Source: Candidatus Heimdallarchaeota archaeon (GTDB lineage Archaea; Asgardarchaeota; Heimdallarchaeia; JABLTI01). From it: a stretch of 24,000 bases of DNA. The notes under the pieces were generated by a model, which ran no database searches, was not told where the DNA came from, and was given only the letters and a program-made list of their open reading frames with translations. Below are positions 15,586-23,315 of this stretch, one piece after another (position 1 is the first letter of the stretch; each line of letters opens with the position of its first letter). The DNA lies in assembly GCA_019058165.1 (NCBI GenBank), contig JAHLVZ010000001.1, forward strand, positions 38,412-62,411, read 5' to 3'. The translations under genes and the position numbers were made by a program.

Positions 15586-16950
15586 ATGACTTTACCAACA
15601 ACACATATAGCTTTAGCAGCAATAATTGTCTGGGTATTAATGGGTAAGAAGAATCGACAAATTTTCAAGAAGAAATTATGGCTATTTACTCTTCTAACGC
15701 TTTTTTCATTTTTACCCGATGTTGATACGCTTTTCTACATTCATAGAACGTATTTCCACTCCATTGTTTGGCCTACGTTCATTATTCTCGGAGTGTTTGG
15801 ATGGTTGAGTTTTGAGAAGCTAATTAGGAAAAAAGTCATTGGGGAAAAAGCTAATTTAATTTGGCGATCCATAATAATTGCTTGTGCTTTCCTTATCCTT
15901 CACAGTATAATGGATTTAAATCCAGGTCCAGTCTTATTGTTTTATCCTTTTGATAACAGAATGTATCGATGGAATGTCTCTATGGTTTGGGATCTCGACA
16001 CATTTTATTTTCTTAAGGAATTGAAGTTTAATTGGTCAAGTATGTCTTTCAATGAGGGAATAGACAATTCGTTATTCAATCTTACACCTCAACAAAAAAT
16101 AGATTATTTTGGTGCACAATATATTGAACTCTTTTTTGCAGAATTTCCAATTCACTTCTTATCATTTCTAACTTGGACAATTTTATTTCCGGTTACTTCT
16201 GTAGTTTTGTTGCTTAGAAAACGTCAAAAACCCAACAATTTCTTCAAGAAATTACTCAAATTTAGAAATCCAATGATAGTTGGGGGTTTAATCCTTCTAA
16301 CCTTTGGATTAACTCTAGGTCCTGGTTTTGGTTTAAATCGGATGGAGAATCGGGAATATAATCAATGGCTTAGTTTCTCTCAGAATGAAATATTCTATGG
16401 AACAACTCGGAATTTTGAGTTAGATAAAAATGATGTTTTAAACATGAATGGTCTTTTTGCTGGCAATAATTCTGCATGTGAAATTACTGCAGTGATTGCC
16501 AATGAAGAGCAATTTACGAATGTTGATGAATCATTAACTGAAGCTTTTAGTCTTTACAATAATACTTCAAGTTATAATTACACATGGTTAATATCGAGTT
16601 ATCGAAACATTACGCAAAATTTCATAGGGAATTCACTAGTTCATTATTCATTAACTCAAAATTATACCACAGGAATAAACTACACTTTGACTAATAAAAT
16701 GACATTGTATGCTGTTGCTTTACTAGTTGATTGGAACACATCAATTGATTTTGAGGTTGATACAAAAATTGTAAACACATTACATATTAAACGCGTTCTA
16801 GAATTTTCTTTTGGTATGGTATTTACAACTATAGGATTAATTATAGCTGTAATTCCTATAATTGATATTATTGCGAAGATGAGAGATGAAAAGGAAAAAA
16901 TCATAGAAGAATCCGTAAAAATTGAAGAAAAACAAGAGATAAGTGAGTAA
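15586..16950 (+). CDS. Membrane-bound metal-dependent hydrolase-like protein (DUF457/YdjM-type N-terminal domain) with a large sequon-rich extracytoplasmic extension and a C-terminal TM
   Basis: THIALAA..., FSFLPDVDTLFYIHRTYFHSIVWP and LHSIMDL match the YdjM/DUF457 His/Asp pattern across multiple TM helices. About 230 extra residues follow, with many NxS/T sequons (NNS, NNT, NYT, NIT, NTS), then a final TM and an acidic tail. ATG at 15586 is preferred to the TTG at 15577. Confidence 0.6.
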   Translation: MTLPTTHIALAAIIVWVLMGKKNRQIFKKKLWLFTLLTLFSFLPDVDTLFYIHRTYFHSIVWPTFIILGVFGWLSFEKLIRKKVIGEKANLIWRSIIIACAFLILHSIMDLNPGPVLLFYPFDNRMYRWNVSMVWDLDTFYFLKELKFNWSSMSFNEGIDNSLFNLTPQQKIDYFGAQYIELFFAEFPIHFLSFLTWTILFPVTSVVLLLRKRQKPNNFFKKLLKFRNPMIVGGLILLTFGLTLGPGFGLNRMENREYNQWLSFSQNEIFYGTTRNFELDKNDVLNMNGLFAGNNSACEITAVIANEEQFTNVDESLTEAFSLYNNTSSYNYTWLISSYRNITQNFIGNSLVHYSLTQNYTTGINYTLTNKMTLYAVALLVDWNTSIDFEVDTKIVNTLHIKRVLEFSFGMVFTTIGLIIAVIPIIDIIAKMRDEKEKIIEESVKIEEKQEISE

Positions 16951-17053
16951 GCTAATCTTTTACTCACTTTCATCTTTAAAGAGGTTATTTTTTATGGAAT
17001 GAATCATAAGAAATAATTAGTTTGATATCTTTTGATTCGTGGAGTTGACAAAA

Positions 17054-18343
17054 ATGAAAAAACAGAGAATTCTCATTTTAGTTGCTTTATTGATAACTCC
17101 AATGATTCTCTCATTCATTAAAATTGATGGTGCAGTTGAAAACCCTACTGATGAAGTTATAATACTGAATGTTCTTCCTAATGGAGCACCAGCAATGGAT
17201 TGGAATTTAGAAGATATTATGAGCGACACAAATTATACCTTTTCATCTCTTGCAGGAAAAGTTGTTGTAATGGATTTCTTCACTACATGGTGTACACCTT
17301 GTATAATTGCTATGCCACTTTTACGAGAAATTAATGATAATTATTCCGGAAACTCAGACTTTGTTTTAATGAGCATAGATCTAGAATCCGAAGAAGATAC
17401 TAATGAAACTGTTCTTGAAGATTTTGCAAGTACATACAATATGAATTGGAAGATATTCCGAGATACTGTAAATATGGCTAATTATTATAATGTTAATAGT
17501 TTCCCGACTCTAATACTTTTCAGTAAAACACAGTATATTTACTACTCTGAAATTGGGGTGAGTGGAACTCAGCATTTAATCGATATGATTGATGATTTAT
17601 TATCCTTCAGTGATAGCACTAATCCAATAATAAATGAAATTGAAACTGATAAAACTTCATTTTCAGTTCTTGATAATAGGTTTGCTGTATTAGCTAATAT
17701 CACAGACGATACTTTGAGACACGTAGGATATGAATTAGAGATGGGTAGTTACTCGGATTCTAAAGATTTCTGGAAACCAAGTACATATGTAATGAATTAT
17801 GAGTTCGTAGTTGATCCTGTAGCTATTTATAATGCCACACAATATGGTATAACTAATACCACCATCAATGTTATTGCAGAAGATTTTGCAGGTTTATCAA
17901 CAACAGATAATATAACAATAGATGTTGATAATTTAGTTGACGCAGAAAATCCTTTTGTAAACATAACTAATATAAAAGAAATAGATGCTTCAACTGGTCA
18001 TACTTTTGAGATAATAGCTACAATAACTGATGATTTATTGGTTGTAAATGCTTCAGTTGAGCTATTGAAAAATGGAGCATCTTTTGAATCAGGTATAATG
18101 GAATTAGATTCCGGTGATACCTACAGTATAAAATTTTATGATTTAACAGTCAAGAAAGGAGACATAATCACAGTTAAAGTGACAGGTGAAGATGTTGCTG
18201 GTAAAACTACAGTAGATGAGGGAGATCATATTATAACTGCTAGAGTAAGTTTAACTTTGCCAATAATTTTAGCAACCATTTTCCTTGCTAATTTGATTAT
18301 CCTCCCAATACGAAGAATTCAAGTAAGAAAGTTAACAAAATAA
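17054..18343 (+). CDS. Surface-anchored TlpA/ResA-like thioredoxin-fold oxidoreductase (WCTPC) followed by two tandem beta-rich repeat domains and a C-terminal TM anchor
   Basis: It has a signal peptide (MKKQRILILVALLITPMILSF). The motif GKVVVMDFFTTWCTPCIIAMP (WCTPC at 17288-17302) and the later NSFPTLILF (cis-Pro region) define a TlpA-like fold. Two ~100-aa repeats follow (~17618-17929 and ~17945-18240), then a TM plus RRIQVRK tail. ATG at 17054 is preferred to the GTG at 17039. Confidence 0.7.
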   Translation: MKKQRILILVALLITPMILSFIKIDGAVENPTDEVIILNVLPNGAPAMDWNLEDIMSDTNYTFSSLAGKVVVMDFFTTWCTPCIIAMPLLREINDNYSGNSDFVLMSIDLESEEDTNETVLEDFASTYNMNWKIFRDTVNMANYYNVNSFPTLILFSKTQYIYYSEIGVSGTQHLIDMIDDLLSFSDSTNPIINEIETDKTSFSVLDNRFAVLANITDDTLRHVGYELEMGSYSDSKDFWKPSTYVMNYEFVVDPVAIYNATQYGITNTTINVIAEDFAGLSTTDNITIDVDNLVDAENPFVNITNIKEIDASTGHTFEIIATITDDLLVVNASVELLKNGASFESGIMELDSGDTYSIKFYDLTVKKGDIITVKVTGEDVAGKTTVDEGDHIITARVSLTLPIILATIFLANLIILPIRRIQVRKLTK

Positions 18344-18439
18344 AACTTGACCTTATAAAATAATTAATACTCCTTATGGGGATTAGTTATCCCTATTTAG
18401 AATGATAAGATGTGATAGTTCATTGGACGGGAAGTTTTC

Positions 18440-19813
18440 ATGGAAGAACTCGACAGCAAACCAAAAAGCTCTTTTCGATGGCTAAAAATCACTGGTTTAG
18501 TGCTTGCTAGTTTAGTCATTTTAGGTGGTATTGGTTATGGTACTTATTATTTCATGACTAGTAATAATCTTGAGCCTGCTCCTACTTTTTCAGTTACTAC
18601 CATATCTGGTGGTAATTTTACACTAACCGATCATCTAGGTAAAGTTGTTCTTTTGGATTTCATGTATTTGGATTGTACTCCATGTGAAGAATTGATGCCT
18701 GAACTTGTTGCTCTATCAAAGGAATTTAATGAAACTCTTGTAATTTTTTCCATTGATGTGGTTTTAGCGGATAATACAACTGAAATTCAAAACTACAAAG
18801 ATACGTTTAATGCAACTTGGGAGTTCGCTTTAGATACTGTTGGATTAGCAACAGATTACGCTGTAGTTACTCTACCAAAAACAGTAATCATCGATAGTGA
18901 AGGGTTCATTACCTTTGCAGAAAGTGGGTTTTCAGCTGATTCAAATTTACGTGAGAAAATCCAAGATACCATTGTAGGTAAAGCAACACGCATTAATGCC
19001 AGTTTGGGGGGGACTATGGCTGTTGCATTTTTTGCTGGTATTTTATCATTTTTCTCCCCTTGTGCATTTCCAATGCTTCCTGGTTATATGGCTTATAATT
19101 TAGATCTTTTAATGAAAACTGAGAAAAGCGAAGAAGAAATGGATGAAAAGGATAAAGATACGAAAGCAAGAGTACGACATCGAGTTTTGCGATCACTTTT
19201 ATGGGGAGGAGCTGCTGCACTTGGTATTTTCCTTTTCTATATGATTATTGGTTTAATTGTATCATTTGCTGGGGGTGCAGCAGGTAATTGGGAGTGGGTG
19301 GAATACATAATACCTATTGTTGGTGGCTTATTGATTATACTTGGAATTTTAACGTTTACTCCGTATTCACTTGATATGAGCAAAATTATCAGTCCAATTG
19401 ATAAGATTGGAAAGAGAAAGAAGAAAACCGAATTAGAGGACTCAGACCAAGAAAAAACGAAAAAGCGCTCCAATGCTTTTAGTGAAACTCCTCAGCTCTT
19501 ACAATTATTCCTCTATGGAATAACTTATGCTTTAGCTTCTATTGGGTGTAACTTCCCAATTCTTATTGGATTAGTTCTTGGTGCTTTACAAGCTGGTTCT
19601 TTCTTTAATGCAATCATGATTTTTCTTGTGTATTCAATTGCTATGGCATTACTAATGATTTTTATTACATTACTCGTTGGATTGTCTAAAGATGCATTAA
19701 TCAATAGATTACAAGCATCAACAAAAGCAGTCAAAATTATAAGCGGAATCTTACTTATTCTTGCAGGAGGATTCCTTATTGGTTGGTTCCTCTGGGACCG
19801 TTACAAGCTTTAA
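18440..19813 (+). CDS. Fusion protein: N-terminal TM, TlpA-like thioredoxin domain (DCTPC), and a CcdA/DsbD-type transmembrane electron-transfer domain
   Basis: GKVVLLDFMYLDCTPCEELMP (Cys pair at 18671-18685) and VTLPKTVII define the thioredoxin fold. Then come FFAGILSFFSPCAFPMLPGY (Cys codon 19061-19063) and YALASIGCNFPILIG (Cys codon 19547-19549). These are the two hallmark xxCxxP membrane Cys motifs of CcdA/DsbD-beta. Confidence 0.75.
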   Translation: MEELDSKPKSSFRWLKITGLVLASLVILGGIGYGTYYFMTSNNLEPAPTFSVTTISGGNFTLTDHLGKVVLLDFMYLDCTPCEELMPELVALSKEFNETLVIFSIDVVLADNTTEIQNYKDTFNATWEFALDTVGLATDYAVVTLPKTVIIDSEGFITFAESGFSADSNLREKIQDTIVGKATRINASLGGTMAVAFFAGILSFFSPCAFPMLPGYMAYNLDLLMKTEKSEEEMDEKDKDTKARVRHRVLRSLLWGGAAALGIFLFYMIIGLIVSFAGGAAGNWEWVEYIIPIVGGLLIILGILTFTPYSLDMSKIISPIDKIGKRKKKTELEDSDQEKTKKRSNAFSETPQLLQLFLYGITYALASIGCNFPILIGLVLGALQAGSFFNAIMIFLVYSIAMALLMIFITLLVGLSKDALINRLQASTKAVKIISGILLILAGGFLIGWFLWDRYKL

Positions 19814-19843
19814 TGATAAATATAAAAATATACTAGGTGCGAA

Positions 19844-20410
19844 ATGTTGATTAAAAAGAAAAGATTTGGATTCTTTATTACAATACCAATATTATTGCTT
19901 GTTCTTTCAATTACAATGCAATCAGCTAATTATACTGATTCTGTTCCACTACCAGTTGTCCTCTCAGTTACTCATCAACCAGTTGTTGTTACCTCTCAAA
20001 CCAATCTTACCGTTACAATCACTTTTGATTATGACATAAACGTAACAGGCATACAAATTCAATATTGCCAACTTGAGCCAGCTTTCACTTGTCATTTCCC
20101 AAAAATAGATATGATCCGAACTGGAAATTATTTCTGGACTGGTTCATTTATCGTCTTGGAAGAAAGTGGGATAATTGGTTACAAATTACATATTTCTCTT
20201 GAAACTACTGAGTTCGTTTCCCCGAATGAAACCGATTATCTAGGATATGACAACATAGTTGAACCTGCAGCAGGAGAATTCTACTTTTCAGTGGAATTAT
20301 ATACTACTACAGAAACAGCACCGGTGAATTTTGGTTTACCATGTATAGCTTTAACTTTTGGAGCGATTGTTCTTTTAAGAAGGAAGATGAGAAGTATTAG
20401 GAAAGTCTAA
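19844..20410 (+). CDS. Small surface protein: signal peptide, beta-rich sequon-bearing domain, Thr-rich linker, C-terminal TM anchor
   Basis: It has MLIKKKRFGFFITIPILLLVLSITM, the sequons NYT, NLT, NVT and NET, and the tail YTTTETAPVNFGLPCIALTFGAIVLLRRKMRS. It starts 30 nt after the TlpA-CcdA gene. Confidence 0.55.
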   Translation: MLIKKKRFGFFITIPILLLVLSITMQSANYTDSVPLPVVLSVTHQPVVVTSQTNLTVTITFDYDINVTGIQIQYCQLEPAFTCHFPKIDMIRTGNYFWTGSFIVLEESGIIGYKLHISLETTEFVSPNETDYLGYDNIVEPAAGEFYFSVELYTTTETAPVNFGLPCIALTFGAIVLLRRKMRSIRKV

Positions 20411-20454
20411 TCTTTCGTCTAATAACTGCTAACGTTCATGTTCTTATTTTTTAT

Positions 20455-20898
20455 TTATTCAATTGTAATGTTGTATGTCAGATTTGTTTCAGTCTTTATT
20501 GAATTTGTAACTAAACAGTATTTTTCTGTTAAATCAACGCATTTTTCAGCCGATTTAAGATCCTCTTCATCATCGATACCAATCTCAAGATGAACATCCA
20601 CTTTTGTAAACATCAATCCTCTGTCTTCAGCCTTACCTAGATATCCTATTGCATCAATCTTTAAAGATTTCAATCCTATATCTAATTTTTCAGCCATTGC
20701 GCAAAAAGTAGTTAATTTGCACGAAGCAACGGCACCCACAAAAAGGTCTTCTGGAGAATGAATTCCTGGTCTTCCTTTGGGAAATTCTGGGGGAGTAGTG
20801 ACTTTTATTACAGGTTTGTCCTTATCATCTAAAATGAAATTTCCAAGCCTATCTTCAATCATTTCTATTATTACATGATATTTGTGTTCTTCACTCAT
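20455..20898 (-). CDS. OsmC/Ohr-family peroxiredoxin-like protein
   Basis: HSPEDLFVGAVASCKLTTFCAMAEK and the C-terminal EKYCLVTNSIK carry the two conserved Cys in the OsmC-family context. Confidence 0.75.
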   Translation of the reverse strand: MSEEHKYHVIIEMIEDRLGNFILDDKDKPVIKVTTPPEFPKGRPGIHSPEDLFVGAVASCKLTTFCAMAEKLDIGLKSLKIDAIGYLGKAEDRGLMFTKVDVHLEIGIDDEEDLKSAEKCVDLTEKYCLVTNSIKTETNLTYNITIE

Positions 20899-21017
20899 TT
20901 TGCTAGCCTCATCTTTTTAGTTTTTTATAATTATAAGAGAAATAATTAAAACCATTTAAAATTGCTTTATACTATCTAAATTAATCTTACGGAAAAAAAC
21001 TAGGTTGATGTATTTTT

Positions 21018-21800
21018 ATGACACTTACTAAAGCACTCATAACCCTTCTTCCTCATGAATCGAAAAAACTCATTGGAGTTGGAGTAACTGCTCTTGAAAT
21101 GGTGAAGAAGAAAATGAAGAAAGGAAGAATTTTTGTTGCACGAGGTACCACTAATGCTTATGTATTAGAAGAAATGGTAGCAATTGCAGAATTCGATAAA
21201 AGTCGTTATGTTGCTGGTCAAATATTGCCAGTAGGAGAACGACTGACTTCTTGCCCAAGTGATAAGCGCTTAGCTGAAATCCTTTTCATTGATGGTAAAG
21301 CACAAGAAATTGAATCCATTGCAAAAGAAATAGATGATTTTACAAAAGGTGACATTGTGATCAAAGGAGCGAATGCTCTCGATTTCGATGGTGTTGCTGG
21401 AGTTCTTTTGGCTCATCCTAAAGGTGGAACAAGTGGAGCATTTTGGGGTTCTTTGGTTGCTAAAGGTTTACGACTTCTTATTCCAATTGGCTTAGAAAAA
21501 TTAGTTGCTCATTCAATATTATATAGTTCAGCAGATATGGGGATAGAAGAAATTGATATATCAGATGGCTATAAATCAGGACTCTTCCCACTCCTAGGCG
21601 ATGTTTTTACAGAGATTGATGCCTTAGAAACACTATTTGAGCTAGATGAAGTAATTCACGTCGCAAGCGGAGGTGTTGGCGGTGCAGAAGGGGCAATTAC
21701 ATTATTACTTATTGGAGACAAGGACATCGTCAAAAAAGCATATGATTTCTGCCAAAAATTGAAGTCAGTTGAGCGATTTAAACCCACAGTAAATAAGTAA
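21018..21800 (+). CDS. Uncharacterised conserved-looking soluble protein (260 aa) with Gly-rich loops
   Basis: It is a long ORF with an upstream aGGTtgatg RBS-like box and alpha/beta-like sequence. The Gly-rich motifs are IKGANALD, HPKGGTSGAFWG and VASGGVGGAEGA. I cannot assign a family. Confidence 0.5.
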   Translation: MTLTKALITLLPHESKKLIGVGVTALEMVKKKMKKGRIFVARGTTNAYVLEEMVAIAEFDKSRYVAGQILPVGERLTSCPSDKRLAEILFIDGKAQEIESIAKEIDDFTKGDIVIKGANALDFDGVAGVLLAHPKGGTSGAFWGSLVAKGLRLLIPIGLEKLVAHSILYSSADMGIEEIDISDGYKSGLFPLLGDVFTEIDALETLFELDEVIHVASGGVGGAEGAITLLLIGDKDIVKKAYDFCQKLKSVERFKPTVNK

Positions 21801-21829
21801 GAGGAGATTTCTCCTCCCCTCATATTTTT
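21801..21829 (+). terminator. Hairpin plus T5 terminator immediately after the 21018-21800 gene
   Basis: gaggag-attt-ctcctc (21801-21816) is followed by ccctcatattttt. Confidence 0.45.
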
Positions 21830-21937
21830 AGAGGTAACCTTAAGTTTCCAAATATGAAACGATTATTAAAGAAAAATTAACTCGGAAATGTTTTAAGTAA
21901 ATAATAACATGAGAGGATTACTAAGAGGATTTAAGCA

Positions 21938-22624
21938 ATGACATTTAGTAGTAAACGACGAGCACCTGCAATAAAACTCAAAATTAAAGATATTACTGAT
22001 GGAGAATTTGAAACTATTCAAGATGGTTCTAAAGTTCTTCATGTAAAAACCGATGATCTAGTTCGTAGAGTTAGAATTATGGGAGAAATCACCGGGAAAA
22101 CCGTCATAGAAAGCGATGAAAGTATAATACTGGAAATTGATGATACTTCTGGTTCCCTTAAGGTAAAAGGTGGAGGATCAGAATGGGCGGGGCAAGTTTT
22201 TCTTGCTATGAAAGATTTGAAGGAAGGTTCTATTGTAGATATCGTTGGTCTTGTTCGTGAAGCAGCAGATGGTAAAGCTTACATCGATTGTGAATTATGT
22301 CTTCCAGTTATAGATGATGCAAAAAAGGTTCTAAGAGAACTTGAGATATCAAAGTATTATAAGCGTAAGGGATTGGATTCAAAAGCAACAGATGGTATAG
22401 AAACTGCGATCAAAGATCAAGTAAAGCTTGCTGAAAGTGATGAAATAAAAACTCAAATCCTTGAGCTTTTGAAAAAAGCAGAGCACTTAGAGGAAGGATG
22501 CTCTTTTGATGACATTAAGAGGGCTTTAGGTCTCACAACTAAAGAGTTGGAACCTGAGCTTCGCGTGCTTCAAAATGATGGAGACATCTTTGAACCAATG
22601 CCTGGAACTTTCAAGTATGTCTAA
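21938..22624 (+). CDS. RPA32/Stn1-like single-stranded-DNA-binding protein subunit (OB fold plus C-terminal winged helix)
   Basis: The OB-fold pattern VRRVRIMGEITGKTVIESDESIILEIDDTSGSLKVKG...IVDIVGLVREAADGKAYIDCE matches the RPA32 DBD-D layout (vrlvG.v...y.idDgTG.i.v). The C-terminal ILELLKKAEHLEEGCSFDDIKRALGLTTKELEPELRVLQNDGDIFEP looks like the RPA32 C-terminal wH domain. GAGG precedes the ATG. Confidence 0.6.
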   Translation: MTFSSKRRAPAIKLKIKDITDGEFETIQDGSKVLHVKTDDLVRRVRIMGEITGKTVIESDESIILEIDDTSGSLKVKGGGSEWAGQVFLAMKDLKEGSIVDIVGLVREAADGKAYIDCELCLPVIDDAKKVLRELEISKYYKRKGLDSKATDGIETAIKDQVKLAESDEIKTQILELLKKAEHLEEGCSFDDIKRALGLTTKELEPELRVLQNDGDIFEPMPGTFKYV

Positions 22625-22648
22625 AAAAACAAGAAAAAATCAATAAAA

Positions 22649-22927
22649 TTATACCATTACTATGTAAACTTTGTTTGCTAATCCACGACCTAAAGCTAAT
22701 TTTGACCCTTTCACTCGTATCATTACTGGTCCATCAGCGATTTTGTTGACCATTTCAATTTCTGCTCCAGGAACTAATCCTAACTCATTTAATCGTTTAC
22801 AAGCACTCCTTCCACCAACAATTTTCCCAATTATTCCTTTTCTTCCAACTTGTAGAGTTAATAATGGTTTTGAAGGTCTACTTGTGTCGCCTCGAATACA
22901 ATAGTCATTTGTTTCAATTTCGATCAT
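22649..22927 (-). CDS. feoA: FeoA-domain protein (orphan; no feoB in the window)
   Basis: LTLQVGRKGIIGKIVGGRSACKRLNELGLVPGAEIEMVNKIADGPVMIRVKGSKLALGRGLANKVYI matches the FeoA SH3-like domain consensus (L..l..G....I..i......rL..lGl.pG..i.v......P....v.g....l.r..A..i.v). Confidence 0.75.
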   Translation of the reverse strand: MIEIETNDYCIRGDTSRPSKPLLTLQVGRKGIIGKIVGGRSACKRLNELGLVPGAEIEMVNKIADGPVMIRVKGSKLALGRGLANKVYIVMV

Positions 22928-23099
22928 TTTTCTTGTTCCAAGTAAAGGTTTATTTATTGAAAGTTAGGTTATCCGAACTTAATAAAGCTTATTATAATGG
23001 GATAAAGTAGTAATTGTTCAGTAGGGGATATGAATGCTTTTTTGCCCTGTTTCTAGTGATTCATTTACTGGTAACCAATTGTTTTGTTCGAGTGGTTCT

Positions 23100-23120
23100 G
23101 GATCCACTAGGAAAGGATCC
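23100..23120. repeat. Hairpin formed by two GGATCC palindromes separated by 9 nt
   Basis: ggatcc-actaggaaa-ggatcc is read directly. It is a candidate subterminal structure of the TnpB element's left end, or a FeoA-upstream element. The function is unknown. Confidence 0.2.
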
Positions 23121-23315
23121 GATTGCCATGTGAGAAACTCTTACATAGTTATTTTCCTACTACTCTATTGGTTTTTTCTTTCTTAAATACCCCTTTGTTT
23201 AGCTGTACGGTACATTAATTAATCAATTATTCTTTTAAACGAGCGATAATACTTTCAGCTAACTCTTTATAAAAACTACATATATCTAGCGGTATTTATA
23301 CATTGTTGGAGAATA

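Noticed and set aside
14610-19734. Assorted nested or antisense ORFs (14610-14936+, 16680-16973-, 17017-17229-, 19014-19220-, 19237-19473-, 19525-19734-), with similar ones at 254-466+, 4486-4947+, 4996-5217-, 6712-6912+, 9122-9730+, 10352-10591+, 10800-10991-, 12010-12246-, 12680-12913-, 14284-14487+ and 22671-22904+
   Set aside because: Each lies inside or antisense to a longer ORF with recognisable domain motifs, and none has independent support.
20290-20410. PGF-CTERM/archaeosortase sorting signal in the 19844-20410 protein (TTTETAPVNFG + TM + RRK)
   Set aside because: The Thr-rich linker, hydrophobic helix and basic tail are reminiscent of such a signal, but the motif is not PGF. The other C-terminally anchored proteins in the window (ends at 13611, 16950, 18343) share no common tripartite motif, and no archaeosortase gene is present.
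23061-23129. 22-codon minus-strand ORF (MAIGSFPSGSRTTRTKQLVTSK) upstream of feoA, overlapping the GGATCC hairpin
   Set aside because: It is too short to support without conservation or expression data, and has no RBS-like box.
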